31,001 bases of DNA from Terriglobales bacterium (GTDB lineage Bacteria; Acidobacteriota; Terriglobia; Terriglobales; Acidobacteriaceae): contig DATGYF010000821.1 in assembly GCA_035298145.1 (NCBI GenBank), forward strand, positions 1-31,001. The letters run 5' to 3'. Position numbers and translations under genes: made by a program. The notes below the pieces were generated by a model, which searched no databases, had not been told where the DNA came from, and saw nothing but the letters and a program-made list of their open reading frames with translations. This document shows, piece after piece, positions 19,851 through 29,754 of this stretch; position 1 is the stretch's first letter, and the number at the start of each line of letters is the position of its first letter.

Positions 19851-20057
19851 CTACCGTCGTGGGCTATTCCGTAATCTGCGCACTGCCTGATCAGCGAGGG
19901 ACGTGAATTCCGCCATATCTTTTTCAATTTCTCCCCGGAGGTTGGCGCCGTCCAGCAATGCGCTCAGATCAGCTCGTCTCACCTGAGCAGGCCCGGACAG
20001 AGCGCACTTGACGAACTCGTCGTTTTCCATGACCGCCACCTGGTGCGCGGATTTCAT
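19851..20057 (-). CDS. Small hypothetical protein (68 aa, MKSAHQVAVMENDEF...)
   Basis: GAAGG upstream of ATG 20057. Lies directly downstream of a perfect CRP-type box. No family recognised. Confidence 0.35.
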   Translation of the reverse strand: MKSAHQVAVMENDEFVKCALSGPAQVRRADLSALLDGANLRGEIEKDMAEFTSLADQAVRRLRNSPRR

Positions 20058-20138
20058 CCTTCTTCGGCCGGTTGCGCAACCCTGACTTGATTGCACTCTC
20101 TCCAGTACCTGTAGGCCGTGATGACGGTCTCTGTGGGT

Positions 20139-20154
20139 TGTGATCGCAATCACA
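20139..20154. promoter_or_regulatory. Perfect CRP-type box TGTGA-tcgcaa-TCACA
   Basis: 10/10 match, intergenic between the hydrogenase protease gene and the small ORFs/aminotransferase. Confidence 0.8.
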
Positions 20155-20283
20155 CCTCTGCGAGTTGAGTGCCCGCACGAGTACCAACCTGGAGAAAGAA
20201 AAGAGAGGAGTGGATCTGCCTGGATCTAACCTCGGATATCCGTGGCTTAAGAAGGCGTTGCGGGCAAAGCCGCCAAAGCGGGA

Positions 20284-20748
20284 CTATATCGTCTCACCTT
20301 CATGCTGCAGTTTTTCTGCCAGGTCGTTTACAGCAACTAGAACAGCAGAGGAGAGTCCGATCCCCGTGTCAAAGTTCTGGCCCTCGATGCCGTAAATAGT
20401 GAAATTGGAGGGAAGCTGTTTCAATGCCCGGCTCAACTCAACAGCCTCGTTGAGCCCGAATGCATGCGTCGAGCCACGAAACATCGACGCTGGTAACGAC
20501 CTCAGATTAACGTTGAAGCGATGAACTGTTCCCGCAATCGCACCGGATTGAACTGCATCGACCACGACAACGCGCTCGGCACATTTCCACAACTCCATCA
20601 AACCCGTTCCCTCTCCGACGTGTTCATGCACTTCGCAGGAGCTATGGGCCTGATCTTTCAAATGCCGAGCAACCACCAGGCCGGCGGCATCGTCATGGCG
20701 ATACGCGTTACCAACGCCGATCACAAGAACCCTTGACGCTTGAATCAT
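20284..20748 (-). CDS. Hydrogenase maturation endopeptidase (HoxW/HycI family)
   Basis: LVIGVGNAYRHDDAAG, VVVVDAV, STHAFGL, IYGIEG. Follows the large-subunit gene. Confidence 0.93.
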   Translation of the reverse strand: MIQASRVLVIGVGNAYRHDDAAGLVVARHLKDQAHSSCEVHEHVGEGTGLMELWKCAERVVVVDAVQSGAIAGTVHRFNVNLRSLPASMFRGSTHAFGLNEAVELSRALKQLPSNFTIYGIEGQNFDTGIGLSSAVLVAVNDLAEKLQHEGETI

Positions 20749-20826
20749 GCCGCCACTTCAGTAGGACCCTCTTCCAGTGCTGCCACCACGAAGGCCAAAA
20801 TCTAAACAGGCAGCAATCCGATGCGC

Positions 20827-22116
20827 TCATCCGCGATCGATTTCGAGCTTAAGAAAATGTGTGGCACAAGAGATGCAGGGATCATAATTTCGCACGGCTT
20901 GCTCACAACGCCACCCGAGCTCGTCTTCGGGAAGCGTCAGGAACTTGGGCACGAATTGTGACAGATCTTGCTCGATGACCTTCTGATTCTGTGATGTTGG
21001 CGGCACAATCTTCGCATCCAGGATAGTGCCTTGTTCGTCCACACGATAGCGGTGATACAGAATACCGCGCGGCGCTTCCGTACAACTGCAGCCGCTGGCG
21101 GCACGCACCGGGATATCAATCGCCGGCCGCTCCGGCGGCTCGTACTGCGCGATGATGCGCAGAGCTTCATCGCAGGCGTACAGGATCTCCACACTGCGGA
21201 CAACGATGCTCTTGAAGGGGTTTTGGCAAATAGGCGTGAGGCCAGCGTCGCGGGCGGCTTCCTGCGCCAGCGGTGAGAGCCGGTCAAAGTTCAGACTGTA
21301 ACGAGCCATGGGGCCTACAAAATACGGCCCATGCCGCTTCAGTACCGAGTGCAGCGCGTTGGAGTGCTGGACCTGTTCCTCAATGAAGCTGTTTTCGTAT
21401 TCCTCAACCACGATGTCCAGTCCACTATTCGATACCAGCCTCCCTTCATTAAACGGATATTCGTTGGGATGCCTCAGGGCAACAAACAGGTAATCCCGTT
21501 CGAAGTCTGGAAAGGGCATGCTCGCGGTCCAGCGCACGGTTTCGAGAGCTGCATCTCGCGCCCACTTCAACCGTTCTGCCAGGGCCGCCAGTTCGCCGCG
21601 CGTCGGCACTTTATAGAAACCACCGACGCGAACATTAATCGGATGAATTTCTCTTCCGCCCAGCAACGTAACGATTTCGTTGCCCGCCTTCTTCAGTTGC
21701 AGGCCCCGCCGCACCACGCTGGCATGGTCCTTCGCCATCTGGATGGCATCCTGATAGCCGAGGAAGTCGGGCGCGTGCAGCATGTAGACATGCAGCGCGT
21801 GGCTTTCGATCCACTCGCCGCAGTAAATAAGCCGGCGCAGCAATCTCAATTGACCATCGACCTTCGCACCGAACGCGTTCTCGATGGCGTGGGCGGAACT
21901 CATCTGGTACGCGATGGGGCAGATGCCGCAAATCCGCGCGGTGATATCGGGAACTTCAGCAAAATTGCGACCGCGCAGGAAGGCCTCAAAAAAACGCGGC
22001 GGCTCAAAGATTTTCAGCTTGACGTCAACCACTTTATTGTCGCGGACCTTGATGTAGAGACCACCCTCGCCTTCGACGCGAGCCAGGTAGTCAACCTTGA
22101 TGGTCTTACTCCTCAT
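20827..22116 (-). CDS. [NiFe]-hydrogenase large subunit, group 3b type (HyhL/HydA)
   Basis: ARVEGEG, L1 motif [21 protein letters not shown]2 motif [10 protein letters not shown] plus a short cleavable tail. ATG 22116 is preferred. Confidence 0.95.
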   Translation of the reverse strand: MRSKTIKVDYLARVEGEGGLYIKVRDNKVVDVKLKIFEPPRFFEAFLRGRNFAEVPDITARICGICPIAYQMSSAHAIENAFGAKVDGQLRLLRRLIYCGEWIESHALHVYMLHAPDFLGYQDAIQMAKDHASVVRRGLQLKKAGNEIVTLLGGREIHPINVRVGGFYKVPTRGELAALAERLKWARDAALETVRWTASMPFPDFERDYLFVALRHPNEYPFNEGRLVSNSGLDIVVEEYENSFIEEQVQHSNALHSVLKRHGPYFVGPMARYSLNFDRLSPLAQEAARDAGLTPICQNPFKSIVVRSVEILYACDEALRIIAQYEPPERPAIDIPVRAASGCSCTEAPRGILYHRYRVDEQGTILDAKIVPPTSQNQKVIEQDLSQFVPKFLTLPEDELGWRCEQAVRNYDPCISCATHFLKLEIDRG

Positions 22117-22885
22117 GCTGCTCGCTTTCCCGGCGGAACGGCTCAGCGTACGCATTGAAGCTGCGAAACACTTGCAGCAAGTCCTGTTGCTTTACCCCCA
22201 GCCCAGTCCACGAGGCGCTCAATGATTTGGTGTTCGGGGTTTCCATGGGACCAAAGCAGCCATAGCAACCCCGGTTGTACGAGGGGCAAATCGCGCCACA
22301 ACCGGCGTGTGTCACCGGGCCCAGGCAAGGCGTCCCGTGCGCCACCATCACGCACACAGTTCCTCGTTGCTTGCACTCAACGCAGACGCTATGGGCTGGC
22401 GTATTCGGCTTGCGTCCGTGCAAGAACGCGCTAATCACTTCCACCAGCTGATGCTTGTTGATGGGGCAGCCGCGCAACTCAAAATCAACCCGCACGTGAT
22501 CGGCAATAGGCGTGGACTTGTTGAGAGTGTCAATGTAGGCCGGTGTAGCGTAGACAATGGAGATGAATTCTCTAACGTCCTTGAAATTCCGCAGCGCCTG
22601 AATGCCGCCCGCTGTAGCACAAGCGCCGATGGTCACGAGGAACTTTGAAACCCGCCGCACCTGATGAATGCGCTCGGCATCATGCGGCGTCGTGATCGAG
22701 CCCTCGACCAGCGATAGATCGTAGGGGCCTTTCACTACTGCGCGAGAGGCCTCGGGAAAGTTCGCAATTTCCACCTCGCCCGCAAGTGCCAGCAGCTCGT
22801 CTTCGCAATCGAGCAGGCTCAACTGGCATCCATCACAGGAGGAGAACTTCCAGACCGCAAGTTTGGGTTTGGGAGGCGTTTTCAT
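22106..22885 (-). CDS. [NiFe]-hydrogenase small (delta) subunit, group 3b type (HyhS/HydD)
   Basis: [34 protein letters not shown]...CYGCFG. Confidence 0.95.
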   Translation of the reverse strand: MKTPPKPKLAVWKFSSCDGCQLSLLDCEDELLALAGEVEIANFPEASRAVVKGPYDLSLVEGSITTPHDAERIHQVRRVSKFLVTIGACATAGGIQALRNFKDVREFISIVYATPAYIDTLNKSTPIADHVRVDFELRGCPINKHQLVEVISAFLHGRKPNTPAHSVCVECKQRGTVCVMVAHGTPCLGPVTHAGCGAICPSYNRGCYGCFGPMETPNTKSLSASWTGLGVKQQDLLQVFRSFNAYAEPFRRESEQHEE

Positions 22886-22886
22886 G

Positions 22887-23750
22887 TCAGAGCTCTCTTA
22901 TCGCAAGAAGTTCTTGTATGCCCTGATAGGGAAAAACTGGGCCGTCCTTGCAGATAAAGGTAGGGCCAAACTGACAGTGTCCGCAAAAACCGACAGCGCA
23001 CTTCATGTTGCGCTCCATTGAAATGTAAATGTTTTCCAGTGCGATTCCGCGTCTCTGGAGTTCCCGCACGGTGAAGCGCATCATTACCTCGGGCCCGCAG
23101 ATCATCGCCACCGTATTGCGGGAGTTGAACTGTGCTTTGGAGATCAAGGTGGTGACGACGCCAACGTTGCCAGACCATGTCCCGGACGCACGATCGACGG
23201 TGACATGGGCTTGAACGCCATTGCGTTTGCCCCACCCCTCCAGCTCTTTTCGGTAGAGTATGTCAGCAGGGGTGCGCGTCCCATAGAGAAGGGCAATCTG
23301 CCCGTAGTTCTTGCGCTTGGCTAATATTTCGTATAATACTGGCCGCAACGGAGCCAGGCCGATGCCTCCCGCCACGATCAGAAGATCTCTGCCGGCAGCT
23401 TCCTGTACCGGCCAGCAGCTTCCAAAGGGACCGCGGACCCCGAGCGCGTCTCCCCGTTTAGCCGCACGCATGGCCTTCGTCACCGCACCCACGGCGCGAA
23501 TCGTGTGCACGAGCTTTTGGGGCTCATTGGGGTCTCCACTAATGGAGATGGGCACCTCGCCCACACCGAACAGGTAGACCATGTTGAATTGTCCCGCCTG
23601 AAAATGAAATCCATCCCGGGCCTCCGCCGATTCGAGTTCCAGCGTGAACGTATCGTGGGTCTCCCGTTGCATGCGCCGAATCCGCCAAGGCTCTGGCACC
23701 ATCGGGTGCACCGGGACGCGATGGGTCTGGTCCTCAAGAATGGACATCAT
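22887..23750 (-). CDS. FAD/NAD(P)-binding [2Fe-2S] gamma subunit (HyhG/HydG-like)
   Basis: [39 protein letters not shown]. Start could be 23747, 23750 or 23756. Confidence 0.93.
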   Translation of the reverse strand: MMSILEDQTHRVPVHPMVPEPWRIRRMQRETHDTFTLELESAEARDGFHFQAGQFNMVYLFGVGEVPISISGDPNEPQKLVHTIRAVGAVTKAMRAAKRGDALGVRGPFGSCWPVQEAAGRDLLIVAGGIGLAPLRPVLYEILAKRKNYGQIALLYGTRTPADILYRKELEGWGKRNGVQAHVTVDRASGTWSGNVGVVTTLISKAQFNSRNTVAMICGPEVMMRFTVRELQRRGIALENIYISMERNMKCAVGFCGHCQFGPTFICKDGPVFPYQGIQELLAIREL

Positions 23751-24195
23751 AAACATTCAATAGCTGCAGCCTGGTCGCGTGCAGGCGTTCTTCCATGATC
23801 TGGGCAACCCGCTTCAGCAGTTCGTAACCAAGGTCGTGATCCTGTTCGGCTTTTGTCCGGAGGCACTTTCCATCCAATGCAATTGCGCGGGTAGGTTCCA
23901 GAGCGCGCGCGTCAAAGTTCCAGCGATAGGGCGGAACGAGCCAGGACCATCCCAGCACCTCCCCGGCTCCTACGGTCAGAACCGTCATCGCACCGCGTTC
24001 GGCCGCATGCAGTTCCACCGCCAGATTACCTTCGCGAACCATATAAAATTGATTGGCCTCTTCTCCCTCACGGAAGATCACTCGCCCAGCCTCGAAACGA
24101 ACATTGGAGGCACAGCTCGTGAGAAGCGCCAGGTAGCGCTCTTCCAAGCCCCGGGCGAAGGGATGCTCAGCCAGCAGGTTCTGTAGGGTTTCCAT
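23734..24195 (-). CDS. Stand-alone cyclic nucleotide-binding domain protein (no HTH)
   Basis: [34 protein letters not shown]-helix [16 protein letters not shown]. 153 aa; overlaps both neighbours. Confidence 0.9.
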   Translation of the reverse strand: METLQNLLAEHPFARGLEERYLALLTSCASNVRFEAGRVIFREGEEANQFYMVREGNLAVELHAAERGAMTVLTVGAGEVLGWSWLVPPYRWNFDARALEPTRAIALDGKCLRTKAEQDHDLGYELLKRVAQIMEERLHATRLQLLNVYDVHS

Positions 24196-25321
24196 CGTCG
24201 TCCTTCTTCATTCCTCGGATGGCGGCTACTTCTTCGGTGATGTCAATGCCAACCGGACACCAGGTGATACAGCGGCCGCATCCGACACAGCCCGAGCTGC
24301 CAAACTGATCTATCCAGGTCGCAAGCTTATGGGTCATCCACTGGCGGTAGCGAGACTTGGGTGTGGAACGAATGCTGCCGCCATGAATATAGGAAAAGTC
24401 CATCGTGAAACAGGAATCCCACTTCTGCCAGCGTTCAGCATGTTCACCCTTCAGATCGGTGACATCTTCCACGGTCGTACAGAAACAGGTAGGACAGACC
24501 ATCGTGCAGTTGCCGCAAGTCAGGCAGCGCGCCGCCACATCGTTCCATCGAGGGTGCTCATAGTTTCGGTAGAGTAGTTGCTTGATATCCACCGTATCCA
24601 TTTTGCGGCCCATTTGTTGTGCCGTTCTTGCGTAAATGCGTTCGGCCGCTTCCTCTTCGGCTTTCGCTGGGGGTCTGTGAGGAAGCTCCTGTAGAACCTG
24701 GGCGCCACATTCCGTGCCGGCCTCTATCAAGAAATAATGGCGGCCGTCCTCAAGGACTTCAGTGAGGGCAAGGTCAAAACCAGAAGTCGCCTTCGGGCCG
24801 GCGTTCATAGACGCGCAAAAACATGTCCCACCCGCCTGGCCACAGTTCACTGCCACGATAAAAACTTGTTCTCGTCGGGATTTATACCCCGTTTCAACAT
24901 GTTGCCCGTGAATGAATACCCGGTCCTGGATGGCGATCGCGTGCAGTTCGCAGGAACGCACTCCGAGGAACGCCATTTTAGGGTTTTCGTGGAGCTCTTC
25001 CCGAATTTCAAGACGATTCCCCTCGCGCGTGGCTTGCCACAACCGTAAGACTGGCGGATGCAAAAACCTCTTCCAGGAGTGCGGGCCAACTGCGTAGCCA
25101 AACAGGGCTTGATCGTTCCGCTTGCGCAAGCGATAGGTCCCGCCGTTCTGTTCGTCCGTCCATCCCGACGGCAAATCAGCCGTGGAACTTAGCGTGTCAT
25201 AGACAATCGCTTCGTCCCGGATCGTGGGTCCGACGACTCGATAGCCTCGTTTGGCCAAGGTGTCGAGGAGTTGTTGAAAATCGTCGCGTTCCAGGACGAA
25301 CTTGTTGTGGTCGTCTGACAT
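24167..25321 (-). CDS. [4Fe-4S] beta subunit of group 3b hydrogenase (HyhB/HydB; AsrA-like)
   Basis: [54 protein letters not shown] before ATG 25321; the longer track ORF start is rejected. Confidence 0.93.
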   Translation of the reverse strand: MSDDHNKFVLERDDFQQLLDTLAKRGYRVVGPTIRDEAIVYDTLSSTADLPSGWTDEQNGGTYRLRKRNDQALFGYAVGPHSWKRFLHPPVLRLWQATREGNRLEIREELHENPKMAFLGVRSCELHAIAIQDRVFIHGQHVETGYKSRREQVFIVAVNCGQAGGTCFCASMNAGPKATSGFDLALTEVLEDGRHYFLIEAGTECGAQVLQELPHRPPAKAEEEAAERIYARTAQQMGRKMDTVDIKQLLYRNYEHPRWNDVAARCLTCGNCTMVCPTCFCTTVEDVTDLKGEHAERWQKWDSCFTMDFSYIHGGSIRSTPKSRYRQWMTHKLATWIDQFGSSGCVGCGRCITWCPVGIDITEEVAAIRGMKKDDDGNPTEPAG

Positions 25322-25572
25322 GAGACTCCTGACAGAGTAGCTTCTGCCACTCTGGCACGCTGCACGATGGGACCAAGGGTGGCGGTGCCCTGCGTCTCGA
25401 CCCCGCCGGTTTTCGTCATCAGTTCTATAGTTCTGTGCTGAGACAAAAAACGCACGAGCAGAATACAACGAAGGGGTCCTGCGGCGCACCTGGGCCGCTG
25501 CCAACCTCGCCTTTGGCACGCGATATCCCGGACCAGAGTATGTGCTCCTCGATGGCACCTGTTACCGCCCGC

Positions 25573-25974
25573 TTATCGCCCTGCCACCTCCAGCCGCGTT
25601 GCGGCGCGCATGAGTGCACGGAGGGCACGGGCACAATCGACCTTTGGGTCATTGCTATTCAGCCGCTGCTCGGCGCGTTTTTTTGCTTCTTGTGCACGTT
25701 TCACGCTAATTTCCTCAGCGTGCTCCGCCATCTCCGCCAGGATGTTGACTCGGTCGGGTAGCACTTCGGCGAAACCCCACGCAACCGCTAGATAGTGCGA
25801 CTGTCCATTCTCCTGGTAGCTGATCTCGCCGATCCCCAGTTCGGTAATCAGGGGTGCGTGACCGGGCAGTATGCCTAGATATCCGTTCCTGCCAGGAATC
25901 TGCATTGCTTCCACGCTGTTCCGAACCACCAACCTTTCTGGAGTGACGATTTCGAGTTCAAAAGTGTGTGACAC
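25573..25974 (-). CDS. atpC: ATP synthase F1 epsilon subunit, orphan copy
   Basis: LEIVTPER, GYLGILPGHAPLIT, GFAEV, C-terminal helix-hairpin RAQEAKKRAEQRL...RALRALMRAATRL. No other atp gene is in the window. Confidence 0.92.
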   Translation of the reverse strand: MSHTFELEIVTPERLVVRNSVEAMQIPGRNGYLGILPGHAPLITELGIGEISYQENGQSHYLAVAWGFAEVLPDRVNILAEMAEHAEEISVKRAQEAKKRAEQRLNSNDPKVDCARALRALMRAATRLEVAGR

Positions 25975-26296
25975 TAGTGGTTCGTTACCAGAAAAAGCCT
26001 ATAAGAAGCGCGATTAGCAGCAATGTCAAGCTGCGCATCGAATACGACTTCCCGCCTCAGTGTATCCACTATCGACAACGAAATGCGAATGTATCGCGAT
26101 TTCCCGGACCTGCGAGCGATTCCTTCAAGAGCAAACCCATCGCCGTCCGGAATAGGATCCGAAATCAGATGGAACTCCTCGCCATTACAGCCTTTACGCG
26201 CCGCGCGCTAGGCTCTAACACTGGAACTGCCATTCTGGCACTACAGAGAGGGACTCTTTCGATAGAATGAGGCGGCAAATTCCTCAAAGGACCGAT

Positions 26297-27646
26297 GTGA
26301 CGGACCCCAGACACGGAGCCCGCTCTGCGCTCATTATCCTGTTCGCCATTAATCTGCTGAATTTTTTCGACCGAAATATGTTTGGCGCCGTTGCCGAGCC
26401 GATTCGCAAAGAATGGGCTCTAACCGATTCGCAGATCGGGTGGCTGGCGACCGCATTTATTCTTCTCTACGCCTTTGTGGGAGTTCCCCTGGGGCGCCTC
26501 TCAGATCGTTGGAACCGGCCCCGAATCCTCGGTATCGGCGTCGCGGTGTGGAGCTTGCTAACGGCAGCTTCCGGAATGGCCTGGAGCTACGCGACACTAT
26601 TCGCGGCCAGAGTGGGCGTGGGAATCGGGGAGGCAAGCTGCGCCCCCGCATCGAGTTCACTCATCGCTGACCTTTATCCTGCCGAAGAGAGGGCCCGGGC
26701 CCTCTCCTTTTTCATGCTGGGACTTCCGCTCGGCACCTTTTTTGGAAGTCTGGTCAGCGGACGTCTTGCCGCGGCCTATGGTTGGCGTGTTCCTTTCTAC
26801 GTTGCGTGCGCACCCGGCCTGGTGCTGGCCCTGCTTGCACTGCGGATCCCTGAACCACCCCGGGGGGCGACGGAAGCAGCGCCCCTTGCAGGGCGTCCAG
26901 ACAAAGGCTCACCCTATTGGCGCGTTCTCAGAATCCCGACCATCCGTTGGTTAATCATTTCCGGCGCCCTCTTTAACTTCAACATGTACACGATCAGCAC
27001 CTTCTTGCCCGCACTGCTGAGTCGTTACCACGGGCTCAATCTGAAGGAGGCGAATGCTGTCGCGGCGATTGTGCTTGGGGCTGTTGGAATCCCCGGCTTG
27101 CTATTGGGAGGGTGGGCAGCAGATTACGCTCTCCGGGACAGGTCGAATGGCCGTTTGCTGCTGGCTTCAGTTTCCCTTCTGCTGGCGGCACTTTGCATTT
27201 GCCTGGCGCTGACCCGGCCAGAGGGAAACCTCGTCAGCTTCAGCTTGTTGATGGGAACTGGTTGCATGTTTTCTTATGTGTACTATTCGAGTGTTTACGC
27301 GGCAATCCAAGACGTCGTTCAGCCGAGTCTGCGTGCCACTGCAATGGCGATCTATTTCTTTGCGATGTACCTGCTGGGCGGAAGTGCCGGTCCCGTACTG
27401 ACAGGTAAACTAAGCGACTACTTTGCTCGAATTGCCATGACTAGGGCTGGAGCAAGTTCCATTACCGATCCATTCCGAGCGGTTGGTCTGCATAGCGCCA
27501 TGTATGTAATACCTCTGTGCAGCTTCATCCTGGCCATAGTCCTTTTCGCCGCAGCGTGCAGGGTGTCAAAAGATATGAACCAACTGCAAACGTGGATGGC
27601 GCAGCCCGAAGAGAAGTCGCCGTCAGCAGCCAAAGCGGTGGGATGA
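26297..27646 (+). CDS. MFS transporter (spinster/ACS-like)
   Basis: About 12 hydrophobic segments, motif A GRLSDRWNR, GVGIGEASCAP. GTG 26297 has AAAGGA upstream (alternative ATG 26267). Confidence 0.9.
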   Translation: MTDPRHGARSALIILFAINLLNFFDRNMFGAVAEPIRKEWALTDSQIGWLATAFILLYAFVGVPLGRLSDRWNRPRILGIGVAVWSLLTAASGMAWSYATLFAARVGVGIGEASCAPASSSLIADLYPAEERARALSFFMLGLPLGTFFGSLVSGRLAAAYGWRVPFYVACAPGLVLALLALRIPEPPRGATEAAPLAGRPDKGSPYWRVLRIPTIRWLIISGALFNFNMYTISTFLPALLSRYHGLNLKEANAVAAIVLGAVGIPGLLLGGWAADYALRDRSNGRLLLASVSLLLAALCICLALTRPEGNLVSFSLLMGTGCMFSYVYYSSVYAAIQDVVQPSLRATAMAIYFFAMYLLGGSAGPVLTGKLSDYFARIAMTRAGASSITDPFRAVGLHSAMYVIPLCSFILAIVLFAAACRVSKDMNQLQTWMAQPEEKSPSAAKAVG

Positions 27647-28957
27647 AGGCTCACGGGCATGAGCCGGCACGCGCTCTTCAACGGGCACGAGCGTCCGTAG
27701 TTCGTGCCCCGTATAGACCTGGCGCGGACGTGCGATCTTCTGCTCTGGATCGGTGATCATCTCTTGCCATTGGGCCAGCCACCCCGCCGTGCGTGGGATG
27801 GCAAACAGCACGGTAAACATCTCGGGCTTGAAGCCCATGGCCTGGTAAATAATCCCCGAGTAGAAGTCCACGTTGGGATAAAGCTTGCGTGTGACAAAGT
27901 ATTCATCCTCGAGGGCAATTCGCTCCAGTTCCAGGGCGATTTCGAGTTTGGGATTGCGGCCGGTAACCTCGAATACGTTTTCCGCAGTCCATTTGATGAT
28001 CTTGGCACGGGGATCGTAGTTCTTGTACACGCGATGGCCAAAGCCCATCAGCTTGCCGTGCCCTTCTTTAATCTTCTTGATGTAGGCATAGACGTTTTCC
28101 TTGGAGCCTATTTCGTCGAGCATTTCAAGAACCGCTTCATTGGCCCCGCCGTGGAGCGGTCCGGCCAAGGCAGCGGCCGCAGCCGCGGTCGCGAGATACG
28201 GATCCGTGTGGGCGCTGCCCACTGACCGCATGGCATTAGTGCTGCAGTTCTGCTCGTGGTCGGCATGCAGGATGAACAGAATGTCCAAGGCCCGGGCTAT
28301 GACGGGATTGGCTACGTACTTGGGCTCGACCATCTTCCACAGCATGTTCATGAAATTCTCGGGGTAACTGAAATCGTTGTCCGGATAAACGTACGGAAAC
28401 CCGAGACTGTGCCGGTATGACATGGCCGCGATGGATGGCATCTTGCCAATCAGTCGCTTAATCTGCAGCAGCCGGTTGGCAGGATCCTGGATCTCTCTCG
28501 CCTGGGGGTAAACGGTGGACAAGGCTGCCACTGTGCTCACCAGCATAGCCATGGGGTGGGCATCGTAGTGAAAGCCTTCCATGAACTTCTTCGTGGTTTC
28601 AGGCAGCATGGTGTGATGGGTGATCTCAGTGACCCAGTTTTTCAGATCGTCCGGAGTAGGCAATTCGCCGAACAGAAGCAAATAAGCCACCTCGAGGAAG
28701 GTGCAATGTTCCGCCAGCGCTTCGATCGGATAGCCCCGGTAGCGCAGGATGCCGCGTTCGCCGTCAATAAAGGTAATGCTGCTGCGGCAGGACGCGGTAT
28801 TCGTAAACGCGGGGTCATAAGTCATGAGCCCAAAGTCATCAGGGTCGGTCTTGATCGTCCGCAAGTCCATGGCCCGGATCGTCCCGTTCTCAATTGGCAC
28901 GTGATAACTCGTAGCAGTGCGATTATCGATAAGGGTGAGAGTGTTCGATGTTGCCAT
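27623..28957 (-). CDS. gltA: Citrate synthase
   Basis: GILRYRGYPIE, LHADHEQNCST, GPLHGGANE, GFGHRVYKNYDPRA, YPNVDFYSG. AAGGAGG SD. Confidence 0.97.
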   Translation of the reverse strand: MATSNTLTLIDNRTATSYHVPIENGTIRAMDLRTIKTDPDDFGLMTYDPAFTNTASCRSSITFIDGERGILRYRGYPIEALAEHCTFLEVAYLLLFGELPTPDDLKNWVTEITHHTMLPETTKKFMEGFHYDAHPMAMLVSTVAALSTVYPQAREIQDPANRLLQIKRLIGKMPSIAAMSYRHSLGFPYVYPDNDFSYPENFMNMLWKMVEPKYVANPVIARALDILFILHADHEQNCSTNAMRSVGSAHTDPYLATAAAAAALAGPLHGGANEAVLEMLDEIGSKENVYAYIKKIKEGHGKLMGFGHRVYKNYDPRAKIIKWTAENVFEVTGRNPKLEIALELERIALEDEYFVTRKLYPNVDFYSGIIYQAMGFKPEMFTVLFAIPRTAGWLAQWQEMITDPEQKIARPRQVYTGHELRTLVPVEERVPAHAREPSSHRFGC

Positions 28958-29043
28958 GGCGAACCTCCTTGGCCAATGCCTTCAGGTCACCGCCGTGCAG
29001 CCATATTTGGGCGCAAGGTCGAACTGCCCTACGGGCATGGATG

Positions 29044-29712
29044 TTACTCTGCTGCAACCTCCCAGCGCTTCCCAACCTTCGCCAAAACCAATGTTGTCCT
29101 GGCCGGATCGGCATGATAAAAATTGGCGCCGTACTTTTGGATCAGGGCCCCGCGCTCCCAGGTGTTGAAGCTCTTGACCAGCGGGCCGGACGCATCAAAG
29201 ACCTCACCTAGCCGGTTCGCTTCCCACTTCCATGTGAAGTCTACAATCGCGCGGCTCGGATTGATCATGGTGATATTGGAGATCTCGACGAGCTTGCGGT
29301 CGGCAATTGGCACCGTGTAGCTTTCCGTGCCGTCCCCTTCTTTCGTCGTCTTTACGCCAGCAATCTCCTGAAATTGGCTTGCCCCCAGGGTAGTCAGCGT
29401 CACCGGAGTGAAGCGGCCCTGGTCCTTGCCCAATTTCAACAAGCCGGCCTTCTCCAGTAGGCGGTAATTTGGATCGTGCGGCTTCACCGCCACACTCGGG
29501 GTCACTTTCCCGACGTGAACTTGAATGATGGCCGGACTCTGCGCTTCCACCGCGCTGATCACCGTAGCAGCCTGTTGTGGTGTGAGGACTTGATGGTTTT
29601 GCCAGAGATAGTACCCCGCCACCCCAACGATCGCCAGGATGAGGACTACGATCAACAGCAACGGGATGGCAGATGCTTCCCGTTCTTCCATTTCGAGTTC
29701 CTGTTCAAACAT
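29044..29712 (-). CDS. Hypothetical membrane-anchored protein (222 aa)
   Basis: Strong AGGAGG SD. Acidic N-terminus, one TM helix, then a soluble domain (...IVDFTWKWEAN...). Confidence 0.75.
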   Translation of the reverse strand: MFEQELEMEEREASAIPLLLIVVLILAIVGVAGYYLWQNHQVLTPQQAATVISAVEAQSPAIIQVHVGKVTPSVAVKPHDPNYRLLEKAGLLKLGKDQGRFTPVTLTTLGASQFQEIAGVKTTKEGDGTESYTVPIADRKLVEISNITMINPSRAIVDFTWKWEANRLGEVFDASGPLVKSFNTWERGALIQKYGANFYHADPARTTLVLAKVGKRWEVAAE

Positions 29713-29754
29713 CGAAGTTACCTCCTCCTTCTAAACTTGGGTTCCCACCTCTCG

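Noticed and set aside
20262-20284. GGGCAAAG-CCGC-CAAA-GCGG-GAC, superficially like the 5' part of a c-di-GMP-I riboswitch
   Set aside because: Lacks the GNRA loop and the following GCAAAGC and second stem, and lies antisense to the neighbouring genes.
20827-20900. Selenocysteine ([NiFeSe]) hydrogenase
   Set aside because: The L2 motif is DPCISC with ordinary Cys codons and no in-frame TGA.
23734-24195. The cNMP-domain protein as the regulator that binds the TGTGA-N6-TCACA boxes
   Set aside because: It ends after the C-helix with no HTH domain.
25968-26270. 100-aa minus-strand ORF between atpC and the MFS gene
   Set aside because: No motif or SD; it occupies the divergent promoter region.
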